DNA from: Novakomyces olei
Lineage: Eukaryota
Length of the DNA stretch: 64,000 nucleotides
Assembly: GCA_016906335.1 (NCBI GenBank)
Contig: JADEYG010000007.1
Coordinates: 1,426,001 to 1,490,000 of the forward strand
Direction: 5' to 3'
In this document: in pieces, positions 34,980 through 47,214 of the stretch
How positions within the stretch are numbered: the stretch's first letter is position 1
Layout: each line of letters begins with the position of its first letter
Notes under the pieces: generated by a model
Database searches by the model: none
Told to the model about the DNA's origin: nothing
The model's input: the letters and a program-made list of their open reading frames with translations, nothing else
Position numbers and translations under genes: made by a program

Positions 34980-36087
34980 ATGGCAGTGAGAATATCGTGG
35001 CGCACGGCTATTCGAGCCACGGCGGCAGCATATCCGTCACAGCACGCTACTCGTGGTCGAGGCTTCTCCGTCTTTGCAAGGCAGAGCAATCGTAAAGACG
35101 ATGCCGCAAGGATAATAGATGCACTTAAAGTCAAGGCTCGTGAAGCCACGGGCTCGGGTTCGGGTTCGGGTACAAAGGAAGCCGGCGACAGTACTACTCA
35201 GCACGCGGCGAGCCTGTTGCACTCTTTGCTCTACGGCTCAGAGTCGGGTCAGCGCGAAGCCATTGAGAGCGAGCAAAGTTACTCGCGGATGCTGCGCCGC
35301 GGCAAGTACGTGCATGAAATCGTAAAGCACAGAGTCAAGCCTGAATTCACTGAGGAATATGTGGCTGAAATGTACGTTTAGCGGTTCGAGAACTGCTTTG
35401 TTGCCACTAGCGTTGTTTATTTTGATTTTATTTATAAAAACAGGCTAACGGAATAGTGCAAAAGCGTACCCGGCCATTGCAAACAACCAAAACAACGAGG
35501 TTCATTTGGTGGGCTCGTTCCGCACTATTATTGGGGACCTGGATAACTTTGGTAAGTACGCGTGTGGATTGGTTGCGGATAATACTAACACAGTTGTGCC
35601 AGTCCACATTTGGGAGTATAAGGGTTACGATGGCTACGTCCGTACTTCCGCTAATGTGGCCAACGACAAAGAGGCTCAAGCGAGCCAGCAAAGACTGCGG
35701 CGTTATTTGAACGGCCACACTAATTCTTTTAACCAGGAATTCTCGTTCTGGACTACGAGCGCTCCGCACGATTATGGCGGAATTTTCGAGATGCGTACCT
35801 ACAATCTAAAACCAGGCAATCTGCTCGAGTGGGCTGAACATTGGAGACATGGCATTGAGCATCGGCGCAAAGTAATGCAGCCCGTGGGCGCTTGGTTTAC
35901 ACAGATTGGCCACCTGCACCAGGTTCATCATTTGTGGCAGTTTAAAGACTTGTATGATCGGAGCAAGGCACGCGATCGCAGCTGGACAATTGAAGGCTGG
36001 TCTGATACCGTGCATAAGACAGTGCCACTTGTGAGCAAAATGGAAACCAACATTTTGCTGCCGCTCGACTTTTCGCCTCTTCACTAA
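34980..36087 (+). CDS. NIPSNAP family mitochondrial protein, 3 exons
   Basis: Introns 35372-35456 and 35552-35602. SYSRMLRRGKYVHEI, HLVGSF..VHIWEY, IFEMRTYNLKPGNLLEW, VHHLWQF, PLDFSPL. Confidence 0.92.
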
Positions 36088-36635
36088 GCCCCACTCAAGA
36101 CTTGCTTTTTACATTTTTACTTGTATTCTTTATAAACAAAACGTATACAAAAATAGCCTGGCGCAGAGATAATTGGCGCCTTTTTAATCAATGGAAATAG
36201 AAATGACCATTTTACAATTTTGGATTTTCTCTCCATCGCCATCGCTGTGTATATGATTTGGCCCACAAAGCATCACCAATGCTAATATTGCTATCAGCGA
36301 TAGATTTTGTTTGTACTTGCCTTCAATTCGTATAATTCTTCCATTGTATTTTCAAATATATTAGCTGGGCAAAATAATGAGGTGAACCGTGCGCGACTAA
36401 TCTGAAACGCCTTCTATGCATATTCAATTTTGTATATTTTGATTGCACAAACATGCCCTTGTGTGTATCTACTCATCCAGCTTAATCGTACTATCATATA
36501 CACCATCTATTTCATACTAATTGCGATGTGGTTGATGCATTTCACATTTTTAGCTTGCTTCTTTAGCAGCAAAAAGCACTATTATTCAACGAGTCTAATG
36601 CTCCTCCTTTTCCTCTACGACAACCTAGACAAGCA

Positions 36636-37161
36636 TTAGCATTGCGAATACACAAATTTTGCACGTACATCCTCCTCAAACCAGTCGCCCAGTGGCTCGG
36701 CAGCGGATCCAGCCTCAACACCTTCCAATTCAACGGCCTGTTGCTCGTACTCCTTCAGCTGCCCAGAGATATCGCTGTCCAGTGTAGGCGGAGTTGGCGT
36801 GGCCGGCTGAACCCAGGCCCTCGTGTGCTGCTCAGCGTCTGCAGCAGACGCCTTTGTGGGCTTGTAGCCCTTGATCTCTTTAATGTACAGATCCTGGATC
36901 AGGTTCTGGCGCATAGGCGCGATATGAAATGCCCGGCTTACAGAAAGCAATGGCTTCTAATTACACGAACCTCTCCGTACATGTCGCTCTGGGTCAATTG
37001 CGCTTTGCCGCAATTGATCCCATCACGAAAGCAGAAAGGCCAAGGTCAGTATTGCTATTCACAAGGCTAATTGTCTTTTCTCTTGCCAGTTCTGTGTCGG
37101 AAACCGCAGCAGACAGCATAAAATGTCTTACCATTGGCAGCGATCGGCGAACTGTGAACAT
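36636..37161 (-). CDS. ATP14: Mitochondrial ATP synthase subunit h, 2 coding exons
   Basis: Exon MFTVRRSLPM (37161-37132), intron 37131-36957, then KPLLSVSRAF..NLIQDLYIKEIKGYKP..LKEYE..DWFEE. Confidence 0.88.
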
Positions 37162-37917
37162 GACGGCCGTCTCTGTGGATCGTACACAGGTCAATGCGAT
37201 AATGCTCGTAAAGGTACAAAGGACAAAAGGTCTTCGGATCCTGCTGAGCTTTTGGTCCGGGAGAAACTTACTGTTGTTGTTAGGGTTTTCGAAATGGATA
37301 ATTGTACGCCGTGCGTGTTATACAAAATGAATATTCTGTACCATTACTTGCCGTTTAACGGCTAATAATATACATATAAAAATATTTGAAAAACTCATTG
37401 TTCACAAATATAGAGTTAATTACAACCGAGTGAAATGAGATTTATAATTCAGAGTGCTGTTCCAATAGCATATTATATTATTTAATGTTTAAATAATATA
37501 ATAATAAATAATATAATAATAAATAATATAATAAAAATAGAATAATATTAAATAATATAATACAATATTAAAAAGAAAATAATATAATGATATATGTGTC
37601 GTGCGTCATAGGGACAATTATACAATTAAAACAATTTGCAAAATGCTATTGGAGGCACGAGCTCCAAGTCGGCACTAGACACAAAGGACCAATCTGCACA
37701 CCGATTATCAGTAGTTGACATATGCTTACTATGCGCTTGATATTACGTACCAAAAGATTAGAGGGTTAGATTTTGCCGACTGTATGCGCACGTTTTGGAA
37801 CTGGAACTTTTCTAATCTAAAAAGACGCCCACAAAGTTTTAATCGACTTGCGTGCGATATATTTGCATCGCCAAAAGACTTTGCGAATAGCTGTACCAAT
37901 TTATAATCTGAACGACA

Positions 37918-39612
37918 ATGCATATTTTAAAGAGCAGACTCGTTAGAGCCTGCTGGTTTTGCCGTAACAGTCTGGGAAAAAGACCGTATGCCACTAGAGT
38001 GAACTCCCGACTGGCAACGATTGAGGAATGGGAACAAAATCAAAAGTCGGACGGGGCTGAAACGGAACAAGAGTCTTTTCTTTTTCGAGGTGATTTACCC
38101 GCGGTCGCACTTGGCCGCAAAAGGCACGGGATCATTCAATTGCCAGCGGCATTGAACGCGGCAGTTGATGATCTAGTAAAGGATAAGGCAGCGCTAAAAC
38201 AACGCGGTCGCGACTTCCACGAAGCACTAAACTACCGTCAGAAAAAAATGAATAACCCTAAAGCCGTAGACACTGCGTCTAAACTGCGCAAAATACCCAC
38301 AAAAGTACAGGATTTTTCTCTTGCTGATGTGGAGGCTTACACTGCTTACGTTCTACCCCGGGTCTATTCGCCGCTGGTGAGTATTATGAAGGAGGTACGG
38401 CAGCGGCTGAGTGAAGAGTTCCAACCGAGAACTATTCTTGATCTGGGGACAGGTCCTGGAGTCGCTGGGTTTGCCTTTCTCGATGCCTTTAAGCAGCACA
38501 AGGAATCATCGATCCATTTAGTTCAGCGCAACAGTTACATGCGGCAAATGACTCAGGATCTTTTGCGCAAAGTGCAGGCGAGTATGGGCGATTGGCCGTC
38601 ACTGACGGCGTCTTTTAGCTCAAGACTCCCTTCTCCGCGACTGAGGCAGTACGATGTTGTTTGCTGTGCCCATGCTCTGTTGGAAATGGACACTTTAAGG
38701 GAAAGGGATGCTTATATACGCCAAGTTTGGGAGCGAGTAGCGCCCGGTGGCGTGCTGATACTGTACGAAAGAGGGACGCCTCTTGGCTTTGAGGCTTTAG
38801 CCCGGGCCCGGCAGACTATGGTGCGATGTTTCCGAGTAGGACAGGAATATAGAGCATTAAACGAGGGAAAAGAAGAGGAAAACGAAACTGAAATCAAATC
38901 TGAAATAGACGAGAATGACACAAGTTCTGCTTCAGACCAAGAGCATATCGACACTGACTTTGGCCCCTACAAGCCGGCTAACGGCCATATTGTTGCTCCC
39001 TGTCCTCATGACAAAGAGTGCCCCATGTACGACAGGCCTTTACCCGTCCCCGGAGACAGGCGGGTGTGGTGTCATTTCGCACAAAAGTACAATCGGCCCA
39101 CGGCTGTTATGAGTATGCTCGGCACCCGGGAGCCTGTGGGTATTGCTGCCTACTCGTACTGTATAATACGCAAAGATCTGGCTAGACCAGCTGTGCCTGA
39201 CGAGCCCTTTGCTTCTGCTCTAGAGGCAGCTGATGATAGGGGGATGGTGAGTGCAAGCTACGCCTGGCCTCGAGTGGTGAGGCCACCTTTAAAAAGGCAC
39301 AAGCATGTTCAAATAGACGTGTGTACGGAACCGGGGGCAATTGAGCGACAGGTCTTTACAAAGGCTCAGGGGCCTTTGCTATACAAGGCAGCCAGGAAAT
39401 GCCGATGGGGAGATTTGTTTCCGTTTGAGCCCAAGGCAATTAGTCGAGCAGGAAGGATGCAGAGCAAGTCTTTGGAGAGAATTAGTATTCCAGACATATC
39501 AAGTACTGTAGAAGCGGAGGACTTGGGCGAAGGAGACGGGGATAAGACGGCTCAAGTGGCATTTTTGCGACGCAAGAGACACAGAACCCGTCAACAAAAG
39601 CAAGTTTCGTAG
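37918..39612 (+). CDS. RSM22: Mitochondrial small-subunit methyltransferase-like assembly factor (METTL17 family)
   Basis: ILDLGTGPG SAM motif, LYERGTPLGFEALARAR, IVAPCPHDKECP..WCHF, WPRVVRPPLKRHKHVQIDVC, YKAARKCRWGDLF. Confidence 0.92.
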   Translation: MHILKSRLVRACWFCRNSLGKRPYATRVNSRLATIEEWEQNQKSDGAETEQESFLFRGDLPAVALGRKRHGIIQLPAALNAAVDDLVKDKAALKQRGRDFHEALNYRQKKMNNPKAVDTASKLRKIPTKVQDFSLADVEAYTAYVLPRVYSPLVSIMKEVRQRLSEEFQPRTILDLGTGPGVAGFAFLDAFKQHKESSIHLVQRNSYMRQMTQDLLRKVQASMGDWPSLTASFSSRLPSPRLRQYDVVCCAHALLEMDTLRERDAYIRQVWERVAPGGVLILYERGTPLGFEALARARQTMVRCFRVGQEYRALNEGKEEENETEIKSEIDENDTSSASDQEHIDTDFGPYKPANGHIVAPCPHDKECPMYDRPLPVPGDRRVWCHFAQKYNRPTAVMSMLGTREPVGIAAYSYCIIRKDLARPAVPDEPFASALEAADDRGMVSASYAWPRVVRPPLKRHKHVQIDVCTEPGAIERQVFTKAQGPLLYKAARKCRWGDLFPFEPKAISRAGRMQSKSLERISIPDISSTVEAEDLGEGDGDKTAQVAFLRRKRHRTRQQKQVS

Positions 39613-39723
39613 ACACTCAAGTCGAAATTAGCATTTAGACAATATCATCTATTCATTCAACATCTATTTATTTAAAGCCTATATATCGACAGAAACACGT
39701 GAATCCATAAATTACTATGCAAA

Positions 39724-41111
39724 TCACGGCTTTGCCGCGATAGAGTGCACCATCTCCTCCTTGAGGATCATTTGACGTGTGCTCTCTATTTTACCCAGCA
39801 GACTCGTAATGTTCGCCGACCATTCGTTGAGTACATCGTTCGCAGACTTGCGCTTGGCAAAAGAAATCCGTCTAGCAGGCCGATCGATTCGTGCATAGAT
39901 AGTTCCGGCCGTGACCATTTGCGATAAAAAGCGTTCAGTTTCCGCATCGTCCAGGTCCAATAACTGATTCAAACGATCACATTCGATACGCTCATAGTAC
40001 ATGGCAACAATACGCACGTTATGCTCGATTACCCGGCAGCGTAGATCCGCCCAGCGCTGCTCGCCCTTGGCATCGCCGGTGCGAAAGACCTCAACTTGGC
40101 GGAACTCTGGCCCATAGATTTCAGCGATACGGGGCCACCGCATTAGTTCGCGGGCAGTAAAGCTCTTGAGCAGCTCATTATGTACAGGCAGCGATTCAAG
40201 GGCCGGGTCTTGTGCTACACGGTGCAGCAAATCATTCTGTTCGTTCCCGTACTCGGCCAAAACTACGAAATAAACAACGTTGCAAAGCACCTCTCGGTAC
40301 TTTTGTGCGTCATCGCGAACCAGAGGAGTGTCTGCTACAGCACGATAGTACTTGCATACATCCAGGTAGCGATCGTCGTGCAGTCCGATACGGATTTGCT
40401 GTTCATAGTACTTTAGTTTCAGGTCCTGAACGGACGGGTCGCTAAAGTACTTTGTACTTATTTTGCGCCCAAATACTCCCGCCATATAGTAATCGCCCTG
40501 GGTCAGATAGAGCCGTACCTGGTCCAGGATAAACTCTGTTTTTTCCCTCGGCTCAATGGACCCATAAGTCTCCACTGGCTCAGCACAAAGAATATCCGCA
40601 GCAGCTTTCGTATCGCCCTCTGCCTCACGGAGCTCAGACAGTTTCCGTGTAAGCCGTGCACGTTCGACCTCGACATAGATTTTGGCTTCTGTAATAGTGC
40701 GCAGACACTCTATCAGCTGCACACGGGCATCACGGTCCGGAGCACGGTCAATCAGCTCCATTGCCCGCTGTACCATAGCCGTCATACTCTGCTTGATTTG
40801 TCCATGTTTTTTGCTGAAAAGAAGCAGCTGCTCTTGCAGCTGCTTCCAGTCGCCAGCCTGATAGCAGAGATTGACTACCGCCACCAAGAGCCGCGTAGTA
40901 GAAGCCGTGTCTGAAGCCTGGCGTGCCTGCTTTTCCAAAACAGCCAATCGATCAAGAGCAGACTGCAAATTGCTCTATAAACAATTGTTAATATGCCACT
41001 GCAGATAGACACGCAGAGTCTTACCTGTGCAGTCTCCTCAATCACTGGAAGCTGCTCATCGAGTATCGCGGTATAATCCTTGTCCGCCTTCTTCAACCGT
41101 CCGTCCGCCAT
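39724..41111 (-). CDS. RPN5: 26S proteasome lid subunit, 2 exons
   Basis: Intron 41024-40975. LEKQARQASD, KKHGQIKQ, TEAKIYVEVERARLT, RVIEHNVR, YARIDRP. Confidence 0.96.
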
Positions 41112-41573
41112 GGCGTACGTAATTGCTGCAAAAGATATTATTATGCGTTTTATTGTTCGTGTTGTGTCATACATGAATATATCACAGAGTACGTTCTATT
41201 CTGTAGGAATCTAAGGTAGAGTACAGCATAAAGCGTAGAGTACCGTAAAAAGTAGTATAAAGTGTAGAGGACAGTATAGAGCTTAGTATAAATTGTAGAC
41301 TACAATATAAAGTGCGAGCAAAGTATAAAGTGCGAGTACAGTATTAAGTGTAAAGTATACAACTTTGGAGCCGAGCAAAGTTAGACACGGATTTTGTACG
41401 CTGCTCCATAGTATTACCAGTGTGGACTTGACCACAAAATGTGTATAAATACGTATATTATAATGTATATAAAATGCGCGCTGGCCAGTGCATTGTGTAT
41501 AATAAACATCTCGAAATTGTAGAGTACGGCAGGCAGAGTATTATGGCATTTTGCTAGACTAACGTGATAAAGT

Positions 41574-42290
41574 ATGGCGCGGATTCAGCTTGAGCCACTC
41601 ACGCGTGACTCGTTTCGCGAGTTTGGGTCTGTGCTGGAGTATAGTCCGGGCGAGAGTGGCAGTGCGCAGCTGCGTGTTGTTAAGGCCAATCAAGGTTCTG
41701 CGGATAAAGTGCTGGACGTTAGTATTGCGGTGGACGACTACTCTAAATCGGCACCGTCAAAGGCTCCTTCGCGACCAGTATGGAACGTCTTTTATGCACG
41801 GAAAAGAGAATTACGGAACATTGGCGGCGCTCTGGTTTACGATCTTGCTGCAATCGAGCGCCATCCTTTTACCACACAAACATTTGTGCCTTTGGCTCGT
41901 GCAGCCAAAGAACCAGCGTACGTTGTAGTCGTGTCCCGCACCGATCCGCGTGGACACAATTGGGCCAAGGAAGCATCGAGCAGTGTGCGTGCGTTTGTAG
42001 CACGGGGAGGTAAGCTACAAAATTAAAGGGGACAGAAAAGAAGAAAACTAATAAATATTATAAAAATATAAAAATATAAATGATGAGAAGACATCTAATA
42101 ACCACTAGACCAGGGAGTCACTTATGCCCCCAATACCTGGCATTCGCCCATAATCGCTGTAGGCGAGGATACAATGTTTGCCGCGTTCCAGTTTGAGAAT
42201 GGCGTGGCTCGTGAAGACACTGATGATCTACTGGTGCAGGGGGCCTGTGTAGAAATTGAAATGAATCTTTTGGCGGAAGCAAAGTTATAG
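41574..42290 (+). CDS. DAL3: Ureidoglycolate lyase with C-terminal PTS1 (AKL), 2 exons
   Basis: EPLTRDSFREFG, ANQGSA, ERHPFTTQTFVPL, intron 42010-42108, QGVTYAPNTWHSPI, ends EAKL*. Confidence 0.9.
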
Positions 42291-42819
42291 ACTGCCCTTG
42301 GCGAATACTCGAGGAATTGGTACGAGATATGATGAACAGAAAACGTACATATCTTTATACAGTGTACATATACAAATATAATATGAGATTCAAAAGCTCA
42401 GTGCCCACATGAAACCACGATGTACTAATTACCTAGTCCAACATTGTGACCCAATGAGACTCTAAAATATTTCCCCAATTGGCACAATTTACCAACCTGC
42501 AGCTAACGATGCCAAAGCACCCAGAGCTGCTCAACAGAAAAGACTTGCCGAAAAACAAAAACCAGAGCTATGAAAATGCCGTAATCACGATAGAGGACGA
42601 AATATGGAATAGAAAAGCAGTAGAAAGCAGGAAACAACCGGGCTGCCATGAGCATGTATGACCAAAAAAATTAATAAAGTATGATAGTTCAAAAACCTGA
42701 TGACGAGGGAGGATAAAACATTAAAAAACCGTCAAAACAAAAACCATAAAAAAAGAAAAGCAATTGATATGAACCCAACCCATTTATACTCCAGTAAAAG
42801 TATATCGCTTTTCCAAACT

Positions 42820-44481
42820 TTACCCTCGTCGCCAGTACGCTGTGACCCTATGCCAACCACGACTCAGTCTACTGTTGCCCGAAATTTGTGCCTCTCCATC
42901 TTCTTCGAGCAACGGTGTCTGCTCTGACGCCGAGGCGGGTGTACCTGTCTCCCCGCTATTGGCAAAGGCCAAACTGATATCCCTTTTGCAAATAGGACAA
43001 ACTTTCCGCCGGGTCGTAAGCCAGGGAGTCACACAAGCCTCGTGGTACTCGTGGCCACAGGGCAGCACGACTACACGGTCCCCTGGTTCAAAAGAGCCCA
43101 GGCAGATAACACAGTCCACTGCGGGCGGCTGAGTTTGTGAGGAGCCGGGCAATAGAGATTCTAACGGCTCAGCGGGTACAGAGCCGCTTTGCTCAGCAGA
43201 ATCTGGGGCAGCAGACCCGCAATTTCGAGACTCGTTCTCTGTTTCAGTCGCAGCTTCATTTGTCTGCTTTGCTCCTTGAATGCGAACGTGTAATCGCTGT
43301 ACCGTTTCCGGTGAAGCAATCTCCCTTTTCCGCATTCGCCGCCGTTGTAAATAAAGGATCAAGTAGACGAAAAGAAGAGTAGAGAGTGGTGAAAAAATAA
43401 TGAAAATAATCGTGTCTTTAAGCGGCCACACTGCCACACTGTCATCGTACGTCAACTCGAGTTCCAGTGTTGATCCAGATGGTGCAATCTCTTGTGCCCG
43501 GCGCAGCAAAAGGTAGTCGCCATAAGTTATAAACATGGCAGAAGTATAAACATCAGAGGTATCCCCCGAGGCGTACATTGTAATCAGACCTTCAAAGGCA
43601 CTAGCTGCATTATCAGCGACTATTACGCCACTGTACCCTGCCTGCTGAGCAAGACGAGACTTTTCCACAAAATTGCATTCGCCTCGGACAACGAGGCGCC
43701 AAGTGCCATTACGAGGGTCCGCCTGACCACTGCCGTAAGCGTCCCGGCACCCGGTATCGGGACTGCTCGGCAGCTGTAAACGGACACGGGCCCGTTCAGC
43801 ATCGTGGGGTATAGGACTCGGACCGTAAGCTGCCAGACGGGCAATAAAGCCAAAGACTTTACCGTTTATTGCCGATGCTTCTGCTCCAGACCCGTCTTCT
43901 TTTTCGTCCTTGTTTACGTCTTTGTCTTCTTTTTCGTCTTTGTTTCCGTTTCCAGTCTCTTCTTGCAGGTTAGATCCCTGTTTGTTTCTTTCACTAGCGC
44001 CTATCTCAACCCCGTATTCCCCTCCAAACTCGTCCCCCATCTCCCACTCAGACTCGAGCCATGATCGTTTCAGCCAATCGCTGTTGTCTTCATCCGCGAT
44101 TGGAGCTGCGGCCGCTGCCTCGTTGGCCCATTCTGCAGGACCTGTTAAATTAACAGTGACAGCAATATCGACTCCAAAAGTATTGAAAAAAGGGAGCGAG
44201 GCAAAAAGCACGGAAGCCTTTTCCGAAGCAAACTTGTAACCCTCACTGACACTGCTTTTAACACTGCCCAAGCGTACGGGAAGAGCAAAACTAACGCCGG
44301 TCCCTACTGCCAGTACCCCACGCTCAAACAGCTTTGCTCCCGTTTCAGCGTCCGCGGAGTCTGCGGCTAAAGGCACAGCTGCGGCTAACGTCACGGGCAG
44401 TGTTGTGCACAATACTGGGTATAATAGTACAAGACACAAAAGGAAGCGCCGGCACCGATGAGGTGCAGATGCCACCTTCAT
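42820..44481 (-). CDS. PA-domain transmembrane RING-H2 E3 ubiquitin ligase (RNF13/167-like)
   Basis: Signal peptide, PA domain LVVRGECNFVEK..AQQAGYSGVIVADN, TM segment, RING-H2 CVICLGSF..LPCGHEYHEACVTPWL..CPICK. Confidence 0.9.
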   Translation of the reverse strand: MKVASAPHRCRRFLLCLVLLYPVLCTTLPVTLAAAVPLAADSADAETGAKLFERGVLAVGTGVSFALPVRLGSVKSSVSEGYKFASEKASVLFASLPFFNTFGVDIAVTVNLTGPAEWANEAAAAAPIADEDNSDWLKRSWLESEWEMGDEFGGEYGVEIGASERNKQGSNLQEETGNGNKDEKEDKDVNKDEKEDGSGAEASAINGKVFGFIARLAAYGPSPIPHDAERARVRLQLPSSPDTGCRDAYGSGQADPRNGTWRLVVRGECNFVEKSRLAQQAGYSGVIVADNAASAFEGLITMYASGDTSDVYTSAMFITYGDYLLLRRAQEIAPSGSTLELELTYDDSVAVWPLKDTIIFIIFSPLSTLLFVYLILYLQRRRMRKREIASPETVQRLHVRIQGAKQTNEAATETENESRNCGSAAPDSAEQSGSVPAEPLESLLPGSSQTQPPAVDCVICLGSFEPGDRVVVLPCGHEYHEACVTPWLTTRRKVCPICKRDISLAFANSGETGTPASASEQTPLLEEDGEAQISGNSRLSRGWHRVTAYWRRG

Positions 44482-45834
44482 TGTGCTGGCAAGTGATCGG
44501 CCCTTGTCTTTTGCAGTGTTACTTTTATTAAAGTTCGAGGTTAATCACGTGGGTGTTTCACAAGTGACGTTAATTTTAAAGTAACGCAGAGTGTGGTGAG
44601 AGTGGTTACTTGTTTTGCAGGTTTGTGTTTTGCCGGTCAATAAGAATATTACTCTATAAAAATTGGTTTAAATTAATTTATAATTAAATTTATATTTAAA
44701 CTTAAATTGAATTTAAATTAAATTCAAATACTAAACTGGTGACTGAGGAGGTTAAAATTCTAATTTTGACCATATTTATTCGACAACATAAAGTTTGTGC
44801 CGGTCCACGTTACCACACATCGAACCTTGTTCCATGAATATTAAGAATAAATTTGGTCAACACTAGGAATCTACTGGTGTAATGTACGCAAGTATGCCTG
44901 CCGAATACTTTAGTACGCAACATACTCCTTATAGCACGGTATACTTTTTGTACACATCACAGAATTTACATGTTCAATGGAGCAACAAATAATGTATTAG
45001 CGGTGTATGGCACATAAAAATATTTAGTCTGAAATAATGGCTCCAACCTCTGCAAGTTTGTCTGTAACAAGATACGACAAGGCTTTGCACCCTCATCTTT
45101 TGCTGCCACAATTCCTAACTGCACATAACCGGACCCGAAGATTGAACGGGTTTCCGTATAGAATTTCCCTTCTTCCATCGGCGTATATCGGCATACACGC
45201 CGAATACAAACAAAAGATTTATTTTCCATCCACCAGGACTGAAGCATGCCATGTATCAGACACATATCTGCAATAGATGCCAAAAGGCAAACGACAAGAA
45301 TAGCGTATCAGACAGAGCGACTCACACTTTGCACATGGCGAAAAAACTGAAACGAAAAACAATGCGCAAGCATTGCAGTAGTAGTAGAAGCATTTGTTGA
45401 CAACTGGTCGGCTGTTGAAAAGAAAATCCATAAAGATTGAAGATTGATCGAAGGATAATCTAATCATGATAAAAATCGTCTTTTGCAAACAACAATGTGC
45501 CGCTGTTGAATGAATAGTGAAGTATACAAAAATTAACAGACTAGAGTAAAGGTTTACGAAGTCTACATATTTGCTGTAAAACAATTTCTGGGCAAATATA
45601 TAAAGCTTTCGTAAAGTCCCTATTGGATACTGAAATTCAATTGTTTTCAAAACCTTGCGTCTTGCGGTACATCAACTTTCTCCGCGGCAGCCTTCTCCCT
45701 GCTAAAAAAGGTATGAAAAATAAAAATTTAAGCAGAAATAAAAATTAAATAAAATTAAATAAAAACAAAATCAAATGGTCAAAAATGAGTAAAGACCTTC
45801 CAATGCCCCTGGTTTCAATTTGGACCCTCCTAAA

Positions 45835-47214
45835 CTAGTACCATCCCGTATTCCCTTCGTCTGGTAACTTTCCACCTTGTGGCTGTGGTGCTTGAGGCTG
45901 TTGTAACGGTTTCGAAGAGCTTCTCAGCATGCGATCACTACCCGGAGCCGATCCTACTGGAACATTGACCTGTAAAGAAGATCCATCTGCCCCCGGGGTT
46001 CCACTGGAGACTGGTAAAGGTGACTGCGACAAGAAAGGAACGTAATTGTTGTTTGCTCGAGCCATTGCTACGGGATCTTGAGTGGCTACTTTACGTCTTG
46101 GTGGGTTGACCTGTCCAGTGGGGCGCATACCAGGGCCTAGAGGCAATTGCTGAGGCACTGGAGGAGACGCATGAGCTTGAGCTTGCTGCTGTTGCTGTTG
46201 CTGCACATACGCATCGTGATCCGGTACTTGAGCTCCGCCTGGTCCGGTTGCCGGCTGAGAGATATTTGCACCAGCCGGAGAAGCAGGAGCGTTAGGTTTG
46301 TCCTTGCCGCCTCCAGCCTGTGAATATTTGAAAATAGTCCAGTCAAAAACATAATCGTATTGGAATCCTTCACGGATAAAAAGGTCTCGGAACAGCTTGC
46401 GCAGATATATATAATCCGGTTTATCATCAAACCGCAAACTCTTTGTGTAATTCAAAAAGATGCTAAACTCATGGGGAAACCCACGGCACAGTGTATCTGT
46501 GGTAGTCATCATCTTTTTCTCCATAATACGATCGTACTTTTGCTTCTTTGTAGCTGCCTTGAGCCCCTGCCAAGGCAGTTGACCTCGGCAAAAGTACATT
46601 AGCACGTAGCCAAGCGACTCAAGATCGTCACGTCGGCTCTGCTCAATTCCAAGATGCGTATTTATGGAAGCGTACCGCGCAGTCCCCGTAAGGTTCTTGT
46701 TCTCGCGGTAAGGGATATGCAGGTAAGTTTTAGGGTCCCGGTATTTCTTGGCAAGTCCGAAATCGATCACGTTTACCTGATTACCGCGCTTCGCGATGCC
46801 CATAAGAAAATTATCGGGCTTGATGTCCCGATGGATAAAAGACTTTGTGTGAATATACTCGATACGGGAAATGAGCTGATCTGCCAGCAAAAGCACGGTT
46901 TTGAGAGAAAACTTGCGTGAGCAAAAATTAAACAGATCCTCCAAGCTCGGCCCGAGCAGATCCATCACCATAGCATTGTAGTCGCACTCCGTCCCGAACC
47001 ATCGCACAAACGGGATTCCTATCCCGCCCGAAAGAGCCTTGTAAACACGGTATTCATACTCGAGTTGCGGGTGCTTTGCTTTGACTGATTCGAGCTTGAT
47101 GGCAATTTCCTCGCCCGATATAATATTCGTGCCCAGGTAGATATCTCCAAACGATCCTGAACCGATCTTGCGGCCGATGCGGTACTTACTGCCTACACGA
47201 AGATCCAGAGTCAT
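45835..47214 (-). CDS. HRR25: Casein kinase I (Hrr25/Hhp1), possibly with an extra 3' exon to 45647
   Basis: [51 protein letters not shown]-rich tail. Confidence 0.97.
   Translation of the reverse strand: MTLDLRVGSKYRIGRKIGSGSFGDIYLGTNIISGEEIAIKLESVKAKHPQLEYEYRVYKALSGGIGIPFVRWFGTECDYNAMVMDLLGPSLEDLFNFCSRKFSLKTVLLLADQLISRIEYIHTKSFIHRDIKPDNFLMGIAKRGNQVNVIDFGLAKKYRDPKTYLHIPYRENKNLTGTARYASINTHLGIEQSRRDDLESLGYVLMYFCRGQLPWQGLKAATKKQKYDRIMEKKMMTTTDTLCRGFPHEFSIFLNYTKSLRFDDKPDYIYLRKLFRDLFIREGFQYDYVFDWTIFKYSQAGGGKDKPNAPASPAGANISQPATGPGGAQVPDHDAYVQQQQQQQAQAHASPPVPQQLPLGPGMRPTGQVNPPRRKVATQDPVAMARANNNYVPFLSQSPLPVSSGTPGADGSSLQVNVPVGSAPGSDRMLRSSSKPLQQPQAPQPQGGKLPDEGNTGWY

Noticed and set aside
45835..47214. 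Alternative CUG decoding (Ser/Ala clades)
   Set aside because: CTG occupies invariant Leu sites in CK1 (MDLLGP, VLLLADQ), consistent with the standard code.
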